57,180 nucleotides of DNA from Nakamurella sp. Lineage in GTDB: Bacteria; Actinomycetota; Actinomycetes; Mycobacteriales; Nakamurellaceae. The stretch is taken from NCBI GenBank assembly GCA_039924545.1, contig JBDTAR010000024.1:1-57180 (forward strand). The letters run 5' to 3'. Under the pieces are notes generated by a model, which saw only the letters and a list, made by a program, of their open reading frames with translations, was not told where the DNA came from and did no database searches. Made by a program: the position numbers and the translations under genes. Positions 1-9,932 of the stretch are shown here, one piece after another (the stretch's first letter is position 1; each line of letters begins with the position of its first letter).

Positions 1-5
1 GCACT

Positions 6-497
6 ATGACGCATGTGTTGTGTCCCGGATCGTTCGACCCGCCGACTCTCGGCCATCTCGATATTTTTGAACGCGCAGTCGATCTCTTCGACTATGTCAC
101 CGTGGCCGTGGTGGTGAACCCGTCGAAGACCGGCCTGTTCTCCGTCGACGAGCGAGTGGAGCTGCTGCGCACTGTCACTGCGCGCTGGGACACAGTTGAC
201 GTTGATTCGTCCGACGGGCTGCTGGTGGACTATTGCACGCGGCGCGGTATCACCGGGATTGTTAAGGGGATTCGCACCGCGGACGACGTCAGCTACGAGC
301 TACAGATGGCGCAAATGAATGCGCACCTCACAAATGTACGAACCATTCTGCTGCCGACTGCGCCGGAGTATTCATTCATCTCGTCGTCTTTGGTACGGCA
401 AGTCGCGCGTCTCGGCGGTGACGTGTCCGACCTGTTGCCCGACGAGATCGCGGAAGCACTAGTCGAGCGGTTTCGGCCGGGAACGCCAGCTCCGTAG
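6..497 (+). CDS. coaD: Pantetheine-phosphate adenylyltransferase
   Basis: CPGSFDPPTLGHLDI (HxGH-type) motif, KGIR, SFISSSLVRQVA; typical position upstream of sepIVA/yceD/rpmF. Confidence 0.96.
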   Translation: MTHVLCPGSFDPPTLGHLDIFERAVDLFDYVTVAVVVNPSKTGLFSVDERVELLRTVTARWDTVDVDSSDGLLVDYCTRRGITGIVKGIRTADDVSYELQMAQMNAHLTNVRTILLPTAPEYSFISSSLVRQVARLGGDVSDLLPDEIAEALVERFRPGTPAP

Positions 498-698
498 ATC
501 CCTCCTTAGATCATTTCGTACGCTGCGGCGTCAACTCCCGCGTCCTCAACGACTGCGTCGTCACGTGTTACTTCACGTCCATTCAGCGTGGCGCTGCCCC
601 GAAAGTCGGGTTTCTTTGCGACACTAAAGGGGCTCGTCGGCTGGCGCTGTTTTTCGGTGCGTCGGCGGTATGACGGGCGATCGACAGGAGGAACAACG

Positions 699-1430
699 GT
701 GTATCGGGTGTTCGAGGCTCTCGATCAGCTCGTCACGATCGTGGAAGAGGCTCGTGGCCTGCCGATGACGGCGTCCTGTGTTGTGCCGCGCGGTGATGTG
801 TTGGATTTGCTGGACGAGATCCGAGACGCGGTACCCGCCGAGATGGACGACGCGCAGGACGTCTTAGACCATAAGGATCGGCTGATCGGCGACGCGCGCG
901 GCGTGGCAGACGAAGCCGTCGGACAGGCGCAGTCTGAGGCGCAGCGACTGCTCGCCGAGGCGCATAACGAGGCCTCCAGCATGATTGCCATGGCTCGCTC
1001 CGAAGCGGACCGACAAGTCCATGACGCGACGGCGCAGGCCGAAGCAATTCTGGCGCGCGCGCAGGCTGACGCAGATCAAACCGTTCAGGCAGGGCAGGAC
1101 CAACACGATTCGCTGGTGGATCGGGGGCATGGCGAGGCGGAACGTCTGTCGGCCGCCGGTCGTGCCGACTACGATCAGTCTGTCGCGGACGGCCAAGCGG
1201 AACAGACTCGGCTGGTGAGTTCCGCTGAGGTGGTGGCGGCGGCTCGAATACAGTCGGCCGAAATCATCGACACTGCGCAAGACGAGGCCGATCGCCTGCG
1301 AGATGAGTGCGATCGTTACGTCGACGATCGACTCGCGGAGTTCGAAGAAGTGCTGGCCAAGACACTCCGCACTGTGGGTAAGGGACGCAGCTCACTTCGA
1401 TCTGGGCACGCCGCCGAGTACGCTGACTAG
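699..1430 (+). CDS. DivIVA-like coiled-coil protein (Rv2927c/SepIVA family)
   Basis: N-terminus VYRVFEALDQL...VPRGDVLDLLDEIR; Ala/Glu-rich coiled coil; AGGAGG at 686-691 supports GTG 699 over the track start at 588. Confidence 0.85.
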   Translation: MYRVFEALDQLVTIVEEARGLPMTASCVVPRGDVLDLLDEIRDAVPAEMDDAQDVLDHKDRLIGDARGVADEAVGQAQSEAQRLLAEAHNEASSMIAMARSEADRQVHDATAQAEAILARAQADADQTVQAGQDQHDSLVDRGHGEAERLSAAGRADYDQSVADGQAEQTRLVSSAEVVAAARIQSAEIIDTAQDEADRLRDECDRYVDDRLAEFEEVLAKTLRTVGKGRSSLRSGHAAEYAD

Positions 1431-1594
1431 CGTCACATCCGCGTCGCCTCAGCGCCGCCGGCGCATCGGTTTGGGACAAGACGCGTTTGTCGACTACCCT
1501 GGAACGGTTGCCCGCGCTATGCGGTAAACGATTCATGCATGACGGACACCCAGATGCCCAGATTCTCAGGCGCACAACGAGATACGAAAGAGTC

Positions 1595-2230
1595 ATGACG
1601 TACGTCCACCTCCACCACGCTTCACCCTGGGCTATTAATACCCGGGCGGAGGGCCTGTCGCACCGCGATGGACCAGGATTGACGTCCCCACTGGACATTT
1701 TCGCAGCGCCGCCCATGGAAACCATGGCAGGGGTTTTGGAGGTGCTTCCGACCTCAATGGTGACGGTGCAGGGTCGCTTGGAATCTGTGACTGAAGGCGT
1801 ATTGGTCTCGGCGACGGTCACTGCCGACGCGAATGGCACATGCTCGCGATGTCTTCGAGAAATCACCGTGCCGCTGCGAGCATATTTTCGCGAGCTCTAC
1901 GCCTACCCAGATTCGCTGACCGCCGAGACCAGCGATCCTGATGAGGTTCCCAGGATTGTCGACGATTTTGTCGACCTTGGGCCGCTTGTTCACGACGAGC
2001 TTGTACTCGCGATGCCGGCCATACCGCTCTGCCGCGAGGACTGCCCCGGACTGTGCTCCGAGTGCGGGGAATCGATGGATCGCGTCGGACCCGACCATCG
2101 GCATGAGATACTTGATCCTCGGTGGGCCGCCCTTGCAGGGTTGCTTGACCAATCAACTCTTAATCCCGCGCAACTGAATCCCGCTGATTTGAATCCCGCT
2201 GATTTGAATCCCGCACAAAAGGAGAAATAA
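1595..2230 (+). CDS. YceD/DUF177 family protein
   Basis: RLESVTEGVLV, CSRCL, PLCREDCPGLCSECG, DPRWAAL; directly upstream of rpmF; start approximate (ATG 1595). Confidence 0.9.
   Translation: MTYVHLHHASPWAINTRAEGLSHRDGPGLTSPLDIFAAPPMETMAGVLEVLPTSMVTVQGRLESVTEGVLVSATVTADANGTCSRCLREITVPLRAYFRELYAYPDSLTAETSDPDEVPRIVDDFVDLGPLVHDELVLAMPAIPLCREDCPGLCSECGESMDRVGPDHRHEILDPRWAALAGLLDQSTLNPAQLNPADLNPADLNPAQKEK
2159..2218 (+). repeat. 15-bp tandem repeat x4 encoding LNPA(Q/D)
   Basis: cttaatcccgcgcaa-ctgaatcccgctgat-ttgaatcccgctgat-ttgaatcccgcacaa at the yceD 3' end. Confidence 0.9.
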
Positions 2231-2232
2231 CC

Positions 2233-2412
2233 GTGGCCGTACCAAAGCGGAAGAAGTCCCGTAGTAACACGCGTGCACGACGCTCTCAGTGGAAGGCCAC
2301 TGCGCCGACACTCGCTGCCTGCTCGAACCGGGCCTGTGGCGAAATGAAGCCGCCGCACCTGGCGTGCCCGAACTGCGGTCAATACGACGGTCGGGTTGTT
2401 GTCGAGGTCTGA
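2233..2412 (+). CDS. rpmF: 50S ribosomal protein L32 (four-Cys form), 59 aa, absent from the ORF track
   Basis: Hand translation [22 protein letters not shown]...[30 protein letters not shown]; AGGAG RBS upstream. Confidence 0.96.
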   Translation: MAVPKRKKSRSNTRARRSQWKATAPTLAACSNRACGEMKPPHLACPNCGQYDGRVVVEV

Positions 2413-2422
2413 GCCCGCGCAC

Positions 2423-3211
2423 GTGTCGGATGTCGCTGGAAGCGAGCAGTCCGACGGAGAGGCCCGTCTGGCGCTGCTGCAGCGCGTCGGACTCGACCTC
2501 GCCGCCGACTCACTGGAATTGGCGCTGACCCACCGGTCATATGCGTATGAAAACGGTGGGCTTCCTACAAACGAACGCCTGGAGTTTCTAGGCGACTCGG
2601 TGCTCGGCATCATCATCACGGACGAGCTCTATCGCACACATCCAGACCAGCCCGAGGGGCAACTCGCGAAGTTGCGTGCCTCGATCGTCAACATGCATGC
2701 GCTCGCGGCGGTCGGCCACACGCTTGGACTCGGCCAGTTGCTATTGCTGGGACGTGGCGAGGAGTTGACCGGTGGCCGAGAAAAGCCATCGATCGTTTCC
2801 GACGCAGTCGAAGCGCTGCTGGGCGCGCTTTACCTGGAACACGGCATCGAGCCCGTGCGCGAAGCCGTATTGCACCTGTTCCACGGTCTGTTGATGGCGG
2901 CGCCGCGGCTTGGCGCTGGCCTGGACTGGAAGACTTCCCTGCAAGAGTTATCTGCGGGTCACAGCATGGGCGTGCCTTCCTACGACGTCGACGAAACCGG
3001 TCCGGATCACGACAAGACCTTCACTGCGCACTCAGTTGTGGGCGGTGATGTACTCGGCGAGGGTGTCGGCCACACCAAGAAGCAGGCCGAACAGTTGGCA
3101 GCGGCCCAGGCTTATCGGGTAATCATGGATCGAACATCCGTTCATGCTGGCGCCGATGCTGCCGACACCAATCACGCTGACGCGGTAGATACCGATGCCG
3201 GAGCTTCCTGA
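2423..3211 (+). CDS. rnc: Ribonuclease III
   Basis: [20 protein letters not shown] signature, ds[11 protein letters not shown]...GPDHDKTF; start approximate. Confidence 0.97.
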   Translation: MSDVAGSEQSDGEARLALLQRVGLDLAADSLELALTHRSYAYENGGLPTNERLEFLGDSVLGIIITDELYRTHPDQPEGQLAKLRASIVNMHALAAVGHTLGLGQLLLLGRGEELTGGREKPSIVSDAVEALLGALYLEHGIEPVREAVLHLFHGLLMAAPRLGAGLDWKTSLQELSAGHSMGVPSYDVDETGPDHDKTFTAHSVVGGDVLGEGVGHTKKQAEQLAAAQAYRVIMDRTSVHAGADAADTNHADAVDTDAGAS

Positions 3212-4118
3212 GGTCGAGGTGGTTCGGCGCGGACTCGTCGCGGCGCTCACCGGCCGAACGATTGGCTCGCTCGAACTCATTGGGCAGCACGGTCCGCGGG
3301 CGGTACGCCGGCATGTGGCGGGTCCCGCCGATTTCGTAGCCGCGGTGACTGGCCGTACCGTCGCCGACGTACGACGCCGCGGAAAGTATCTATGGTTCGC
3401 GCTCGATGACGGCGACGCGGTGCTGGCGCATCTGGGCATGAGCGGGCAGTTTCGCGTCCTGCAAGCGTCCACTGGCCATAGACAGCCTCTGCATCCGCAT
3501 ACCCGGATCCGGTTCCATCTCCTGGGTGAGGGAGTTGGCATGGACAGTCATCGCGATACGGACACCGAGACCCTGGTGGACTTCCTGGATCAGCGCACAT
3601 TCGGAGGGCTTTCCTTCGTGCCGGACGGAGCTGAATTACCCGCGTCGATCTCCCATATCGCCCGCGACGTGCTCGACTCACAATTCGATCGGCCGCGGGT
3701 AGTGAAGGCCATCAGCGCCAAACACAGTGCGATCAAACGAGTATTGCTCGACCAGTCGGTGATCTCCGGGATCGGCAATATCTACGCCGACGAAGCATTG
3801 TGGGCTGCGCGCGTGCACGGGGCGTGCCCGGCCGATTCCTTGTCGACGGGCATCGTCGGATCACTCATCGACGCGGCGACGGACGTCATGTGCGCGGCGC
3901 TCGATCAAGGCGGCACGTCCTTCGATGCGCTGTATGTCAACGTAAATGGTGAATCCGGCTATTTCGAGCGGTCGCTCAACGCCTACGGGCGGGCTGGGAT
4001 GCCCTGCGGGCGGTGTGGCGCGCCGATCGGCCGTGAGAAATTCATGAACCGGTCGTCCTTCTTCTGTCCACGCTGCCAGCCCTCGCCATCCTTTGTGGGT
4101 GCGGAGCGCCAGGTATGA
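3195..4118 (+). CDS. mutM: Formamidopyrimidine-DNA glycosylase
   Basis: MPELPEVE N-terminus, [16 protein letters not shown]-terminal CxxC...CxxC zinc finger. Confidence 0.97.
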   Translation: MPELPEVEVVRRGLVAALTGRTIGSLELIGQHGPRAVRRHVAGPADFVAAVTGRTVADVRRRGKYLWFALDDGDAVLAHLGMSGQFRVLQASTGHRQPLHPHTRIRFHLLGEGVGMDSHRDTDTETLVDFLDQRTFGGLSFVPDGAELPASISHIARDVLDSQFDRPRVVKAISAKHSAIKRVLLDQSVISGIGNIYADEALWAARVHGACPADSLSTGIVGSLIDAATDVMCAALDQGGTSFDALYVNVNGESGYFERSLNAYGRAGMPCGRCGAPIGREKFMNRSSFFCPRCQPSPSFVGAERQV

Positions 4119-4405
4119 CGAGCCCTGCCCCCGGCATAGTGAGGCTCACGGCTTGGGTACATGGCGAGGTCCAGGGTGTGGGGTTCCGATGGTGGACCCG
4201 GACCAGAGCGTTGGAACTCGGACTGGCGGGCAGCGCGACGAACAAGCGCGACGGTCGGGTCGAGGTGATCGCAGAAGGTCCCCGGGAGGCGTGCGACGAA
4301 CTGGTGTCGGCCTTGCGCGGCGAAGCCGCGCCGGGAAGCGTCATACTCGTCGTCGAGCAGTTCAGCGCGGCGCGTGGCGGCCTGGAGGGCTTCCTGGAGC
4401 GGTAG
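4115..4405 (+). CDS. acyP: Acylphosphatase
   Basis: [24 protein letters not shown]; ATGA overlap with mutM. Confidence 0.93.
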   Translation: MTSPAPGIVRLTAWVHGEVQGVGFRWWTRTRALELGLAGSATNKRDGRVEVIAEGPREACDELVSALRGEAAPGSVILVVEQFSAARGGLEGFLER

Positions 4406-6532
4406 TTTCCTGCGCGAGCTTCGACGGCCACCACATGCGTGGGCCGACATCGAGGGTGAGCGCTGGTACCAGAATTGATCGGACGACGATCGTGTCCAGT
4501 AGCACGCCAAATGCGACCAGGAATGCGATCTCGGCGAGGAACAGGATCGGTAGCACAGCGAGCGCGGCGAACGTGGACGCCAGGACGACCCCTGCTGAGG
4601 TAATCACCCCGCCGGTGAGCGCCAGCCCTCGCACTGTCCCTACCCGGGTTCCGAAGTGCTGCGATTCTTCTCGGACACGCGTCATCAAGAAAATGTTGTA
4701 GTCGATGCCGAGCGCCACGAGGAATACAAACGCGAACAGTGGCACCGCTGGGTCCGCGCCAGGGAAGTGAAAGATGTGGTTGAACAGCAGCGCCGCGACA
4801 CCCAGAGTTGCCACGTACGACAGCACCACAGTGGCGATGAGCACCAGCGGTGCGACCAAGGCTCGCAGCAAGAGTGCCAACACGATGAACACCACGATCA
4901 ACACGATCGGGATGATGACCGTGCGATCTCGTTCACTAGTGAGGTTGGTATCCAGCTGTAAAGCATCCTGCCCTCCGACGAGAGCGTCCGCGCCCGATAC
5001 GGCATGTACGGCGTCGCGGACGGCCTGGACGGCCTCCAGGGCGCCGCTGGACCCGGCTGGCGCCGCGAGAGTCACCTCGATTCGGACTCGGCCTGCGGTC
5101 TGCGCTGCAGTGCCATCGGTCGATGGAATAGTCGTGACCGTCGCGAGCCCATCGACTGGCGCCAAACTAGCCTGTACAGCCTTCGCGCTCGAAGCATTCG
5201 TCAGGATTACCGTCGGTGAACCGGTGCCGCCGGGGAAATGCGCATCGAGCACCTGCTCGCCAGTAACCGAATCGACGCTGGTCAAAAAACCTCGGACGGA
5301 GTGGTGCCACTGGCCTTGAGTGCAGGTACGAATGCGGCGCAGGCGATGAGAAGGAGTGCGGTCACTGCCCAAATCTTGCGTGGATGCCGCGCCACCCACT
5401 GGGAGCCGCGCTGCCACAGCCCGCTGGTCTCCGGATGGTCAGTGCCCGGATGTGGGGCCAACGGCCAGAACGCTGCGCGCCGGGTGAGCAGCAGCGCTGC
5501 AGGCAGAAAAGTCATTGACGCCAGGTAGGCGGCCGCGATACCGAGGGCGGAAACCGGCCCCAGGTCCCGAGTAGAGGCTAGGTCAGAGAACAGCAGGCAC
5601 AACACGCCGACGATCACCGTGGCGGCAGACGCCGTGATCGGTGCAAATGTGGCGCGCCATGCAGTGATCATGGCCGCGGACGGGTTGTCCTGATCGCGCA
5701 ACTCTTGCCGGTAGCGGGACACCAGCAGCAGCGCATAGTCGGTGGCAGCCCCGAAGACCAGGATGAAGAGTATCCCTTGACTCATGCCGGACAGTTTCAA
5801 ACTGCCAGACTTCGCCAACTGGTAGACGACAAGGGCCGCCGCAGACAGCGCGAATACTGCGGAGAGCAGAACCAACAAAACCAGCAGCGGGCCGCGATAC
5901 ACCAGCAGCAGGATCAGCGCCACCACCGCTCCGGCCACCAGGAGCAGCACGCCGTCTATCCCGCCGAACGCATTGACTAGATCGGCGATCTGCCCGGCCG
6001 GCCCCGTGACCAGCACCGTCAGCCCGGCAGGCGGCGTCGTGAAGCGGGCCCGAAGCGCATCTGCCTCGGCCTTCGGCCCGCCAGTGGAGTCGAGTAGTAC
6101 GGCGCTTTGTACTGCCTTTCCGTCTTTGGACACGGAGACCAGCACCACTGTGGACGAGTACGGCGTGGCGGCGTGCGGCTTCGCTTGCTGGAAAGCAGTA
6201 ATCGCGTCGGTCAAGTAGCGCTGGTCCGCTTCGGTGATGCCGCTCGCGCGCTCGGCGACCACGATGGCAGGCAGTGTCGGCGCAGCGCCCGCGGGGCGGA
6301 ATGAGGCCAATTCGGCCTGCACTTGCGCTGCTTCAGAACTTTGCGGCAGATACGAGGCCGAGTCGTTACTGGCAACCTTGGAGAGAGTGCCAATTTTCTG
6401 CCCACCGAGCCCGCCGACTGCAAGCCACGCGATGACCAACACCGCCGCTGCAGAAATTACAACTCGCCAGTGCTTGGTCGCACTCATTACGGCGGGACTC
6501 GGCGGGCGACTGGCGCGGTGCGGACTCACCAT
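4362..6532 (-). pseudogene. MMPL (RND superfamily) transporter split by a 1-base frameshift at the A6 run 5284-5289
   Basis: ORF 5282-6532 has GAATDYALLLVSRYR; ORF 4362-5417 has ALGIDYNIFLMTRVREE; one extra T joins ...PSEVF to LTSVDSV..., giving about 723 aa. Confidence 0.85.
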
Positions 6533-6559
6533 CGGATCGTATCTGCCCGACCCGACACA

Positions 6560-6601
6560 TTACTGGCGAGACGGGCCGGTTTACTGGCCGGACGGGCCGG
6601 T
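6560..6601. repeat. 21-bp imperfect tandem duplication covering the SURF1 stop codon
   Basis: ttactggcgagacgggccggt / ttactggccggacgggccggt. Confidence 0.8.
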
Positions 6602-7561
6602 CCATTCGTCGTAGAGCTGGGATTTATCGAATTTCGCGCTTTGTTTGACGAGGATGTCGGCCGGCGTACTCGTGGGGTCATGAGGCGGGTTGTGGTCGTG
6701 CAGCACTGCGGAATCGGCCATCCGCGCTGAAGGCGCGCGAGATGCGTCATTCCCGCCATCTGCGCGCTCATCGGACGAGGTGATGTAGATGGTGCCGTCT
6801 ACCGGATCGTTGTACTCGCGGTAGGCGAAGGTGGCGAGCCCGAGGATCGCGATTGCACCGAACGACAACCACTGAATTGCGTAGGAAAAAAATGGGCGGC
6901 TGTCGTCGCTTTGCGGTAGCGCGATTTCGGTGGTCACACCGGGGGAGTTACCGATCAATTGCAGGTAGCCGCGGTAGACGGGACCCACGGAATCGGCCAC
7001 ATTCTTCGAACTCACCTCGGTGTAAGCGGTGCGCCCATCCGGTGTGGTGATTGGCGCCCGGTTCTTCGGATCGGTTTGGTCCGGTTGCACCCGTCCGGTG
7101 ATAGTCACTATTCCGGACGGCAGCGGGGGTAGATCCACCCTATCTTCTTGCACAGCTTGGAACGACACATAGCCACGGTCTAGTAGGACGGTGCCCGTAT
7201 CGGTGATGAACGGTACGACGACCTCAAAAGCGGGGTTGCCATCGTTGTCCTGTCGGAGCCGGACATAGCCTTCATTCGCGGCGTCGAAATGCCCGGTGGC
7301 GGTGGCGGTGCGCCACTGAATTCCATTGCCGGGCTCGCGGCCGGGGGACAGTAGCGCATCGACGTCGATGGGTGCGGCCGCGGTGGCGGTGGCAATTGCA
7401 TTCATCTGTGAGTCGTGCTGGTGGCTGCGCGCGAACTGCCATGGGGCGAGCAGAAAGTAGCAGGCCAAGACGAACAGCACGACGGCGACTTCTAGCCCGA
7501 TCCACCGTGGTGTCACCAGGAATCGAAGTCGCGACGGGGTTGACTCGGTGCTTTCTGTCAT
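6581..7561 (-). CDS. SURF1 family cytochrome oxidase biogenesis protein
   Basis: LAPWQFAR, LLDRGYV, SYAIQW motifs with two terminal TM helices; ATG 7561 overlaps the ptpA stop. Confidence 0.88.
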   Translation of the reverse strand: MTESTESTPSRLRFLVTPRWIGLEVAVVLFVLACYFLLAPWQFARSHQHDSQMNAIATATAAAPIDVDALLSPGREPGNGIQWRTATATGHFDAANEGYVRLRQDNDGNPAFEVVVPFITDTGTVLLDRGYVSFQAVQEDRVDLPPLPSGIVTITGRVQPDQTDPKNRAPITTPDGRTAYTEVSSKNVADSVGPVYRGYLQLIGNSPGVTTEIALPQSDDSRPFFSYAIQWLSFGAIAILGLATFAYREYNDPVDGTIYITSSDERADGGNDASRAPSARMADSAVLHDHNPPHDPTSTPADILVKQSAKFDKSQLYDEWTGPSGQ

Positions 7562-8067
7562 ATTAATTGCGCTTTCACTGCGTCGACTATTCCAGGCGCT
7601 GCGGCCTCCAACATTGCGAGAACCTCGCGGTATGCGGCGTCGGAGTGTCCATACGGGTCGGGAACGTCCTCGGCGTCGGCGTCCGGGTCGAACGAGCGCA
7701 GCATCTGCACATGCGTTGGATCGGCGGCCATGGCGCGCAGCGTTCGGTAGTGCCCATGGTCTGCGGCCAGGACTAGGCCAGCCGCGTCGACCATCTCTGC
7801 GGTGACCTGCCGGACGGTGTGCACAGTGGGATAACTTGCCGCGGCGAGAACACGTTCGGCGGGCTCGTGAGCGCCTTGGCCGACATGCCAATTGCCGGTT
7901 CCTGCGGACGATACCGTCACCCGCTCCGATAGACCGGCGTCGGTGAAAGCCCGCTGTAGGACTTTTTCACCCATCGGTGATCGGCAGATATTTCCGCTAC
8001 ACACCACCAGCACTTGAAAAGGCACGGCCGTGGCTGTGTATGACGCGGATTCGGGTAGCTGCTGCAC
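7558..8067 (-). CDS. ptpA: Low molecular weight protein-tyrosine phosphatase
   Basis: VCSGNICRSP (CX5R) loop, SSAGT, DVPDPY; GTG 8067 has CACAAT 6 nt upstream. Confidence 0.92.
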   Translation of the reverse strand: MQQLPESASYTATAVPFQVLVVCSGNICRSPMGEKVLQRAFTDAGLSERVTVSSAGTGNWHVGQGAHEPAERVLAAASYPTVHTVRQVTAEMVDAAGLVLAADHGHYRTLRAMAADPTHVQMLRSFDPDADAEDVPDPYGHSDAAYREVLAMLEAAAPGIVDAVKAQLI

Positions 8068-8137
8068 CTCACCATTGTGGCCTGCCAGACTGTGAGCCTG
8101 GAGTGGCGGTACTGGCCGAGTGGAAAACGAGGTTGTC

Positions 8138-8977
8138 GTGAGCGTGACGGTGTCGGGTGTCATGGCGGTTTTGGACGCGGTTTATCCGACTCGCCTGGCC
8201 GAAGAGTGGGACACAGGAATTGGTTTGACCTGCGGTGACCCGACATCGAGGGTGGACCGCGTGCTGCTGGCCGTCGATGTCGATCCGGCGGTAGTGGGTG
8301 AAGCCCGTGACATGGGCGCGCAGATGCTCATTACGCACCATCCGCTGTTTTTTCGCCCGGTGCAGTCGGTGGCGACGTCTACGGATAAAGGTGCACTGGT
8401 ACACACGTTGATTCGCTCGGGTATCGCACATTTCGTTGCCCATACGAATGCCGACCGCGCAGCGGATGGAGTGAACGATGCCCTCGCTGATGCGTTGGGA
8501 ATAGTCGACGTCGAGCCGCTAGTGCCCGCCCACTCGGCCGCCGACCCGCGTGAAGGGCTGGGGCGCGTGGGTATGCTGCGGCGGCCAGTCACACTCAGGG
8601 AGTTCATGGCCCAGGTTGCCGCCGCGTTGCCTGCTACCGCAGGGGGCGTGCGAGCTACCGGCAGCGGTGATCGACTCGTGCGGCGGGTGGCGGTGTGCGG
8701 CGGTTCGGGTGGGTCTGTTCTGGAGGCGGCTAATGCCTGCGGGGCTGACGTGTACGTGACGTCAGATATCACGCACCACACGGCCGCCGAACATGTGGTG
8801 GATCCGAGGCGGCCCGCTTTAATTAATGTGGCGCACTGGGCCGGGGAGTGGCCGTGGTTAGCGCGTGCAGCCGCCGTCATCGAGAGTGCTTTTGGCGGCG
8901 CCGTTTCGGCGACTATCTCGACGCTGTGTACCGATGCGTGGACGTTGCAGGTCCCTGGCTCCGAAAACCAGGTGTAA
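8138..8977 (+). CDS. Nif3-like dinuclear metal centre protein
   Basis: AEEWD, ITHHPLFF, AHTNAD, VAVCGGSG, SDITHH, HWAGE. Confidence 0.93.
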   Translation: MSVTVSGVMAVLDAVYPTRLAEEWDTGIGLTCGDPTSRVDRVLLAVDVDPAVVGEARDMGAQMLITHHPLFFRPVQSVATSTDKGALVHTLIRSGIAHFVAHTNADRAADGVNDALADALGIVDVEPLVPAHSAADPREGLGRVGMLRRPVTLREFMAQVAAALPATAGGVRATGSGDRLVRRVAVCGGSGGSVLEAANACGADVYVTSDITHHTAAEHVVDPRRPALINVAHWAGEWPWLARAAAVIESAFGGAVSATISTLCTDAWTLQVPGSENQV

Positions 8978-9099
8978 CTCAGGCGCATGACCCAACATAT
9001 GACGCCGTGCGCATACCATCACGGTGGGCCGGTAGATGCCGTTGTGGCCTGTATGTGATTTGAGGATTAACAGATTTATCCATTTAAGGAGTGGTGCTT

Positions 9100-9828
9100 G
9101 TGCCCAACGCTGATCTCGCCGCGCAACGTGCGTTGTTGAAGCTCGCCGACACGGATCGTCGGGCGGACTCCGCGGCGCATCAGCGCGCGGCTCTGCCCGA
9201 GCTGGGCGTCATAGCTGACGGGTCCAAGCGAGCCGTCGAGCTGCGCGAAAAGGTGGCGTTGGGCGACGCGGAGATCGGCGATATCGATTCCGCGGGCCGG
9301 AAACTCGACGGGGAGATCGAGTCCGTGCGGAGTCGGGCAGCCCGTGACGAGGACCGGTTGGCATCGGGTTCGGCGTCTCCGAAGGAGATGGAAAGTCTGC
9401 AGCGCGAAGTCGAGTCGCTGGCACGCAGGCAGGCTTCCTTGGAAGACGATTCACTTGAACTGATGGAGCGTCGGGAGAATGCCGATGCTGGAGTCAATGC
9501 CGTGCGTGGCGAGTTGACCGCGCTGACGCGTGAGATTGATGCCGCCACGGTGCGACGCAACGATCAGTGGTCCGATATCGACGACGAGCTATCCAGGCTA
9601 GCCCTGCAACGCGCGGTAGTTGCCCAGGCCATTCCGGACGACGTTATGGCGATCTACGAACGAATGCGCGGGGCCGGCAAAGTAGCTGCAGCTGCGATGC
9701 GCGGCGAACAGTGTGGCGGCTGCGGAATGTCACTGGACCGAGCATCCCTTGAAGAAATTCGCTCGGCCGCAGCCGATTTCGTGTCAAGATGCCCAGAGTG
9801 CAGCACGCTACTGGTGCGCAATTCTTAA
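9100..9828 (+). CDS. Coiled-coil C4 zinc-ribbon protein (DUF164/Rv2229c-like)
   Basis: Long coiled coil with C-terminal CGGC...CPECSTLL; follows Nif3; TAAGGAG RBS at 9085-9091. Confidence 0.9.
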   Translation: MPNADLAAQRALLKLADTDRRADSAAHQRAALPELGVIADGSKRAVELREKVALGDAEIGDIDSAGRKLDGEIESVRSRAARDEDRLASGSASPKEMESLQREVESLARRQASLEDDSLELMERRENADAGVNAVRGELTALTREIDAATVRRNDQWSDIDDELSRLALQRAVVAQAIPDDVMAIYERMRGAGKVAAAAMRGEQCGGCGMSLDRASLEEIRSAAADFVSRCPECSTLLVRNS

Positions 9829-9892
9829 ACCCCTATAGCCAGCCGCCGGATATTGTCAGCCGGCAAGTAGCAGCAAGCGAAAGGCACCAAGC

Positions 9893-9927
9893 AAAAGGCA
9901 GCCGCAGCGGTGGGCGCTGCGGCTGCC
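9893..9927 (-). terminator. Intrinsic terminator of ctaD (may act in both directions)
   Basis: Perfect 13-bp stem ggcagccgcagcg/cgctgcggctgcc, 5-nt loop, followed by U4 on the minus strand. Confidence 0.8.
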
Positions 9928-9932
9928 GGAGC

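Noticed and set aside
2159-2218. Short repeats as a possible CRISPR array
   Set aside because: Tandem 15-bp units without spacers, in frame within a CDS; no cas genes
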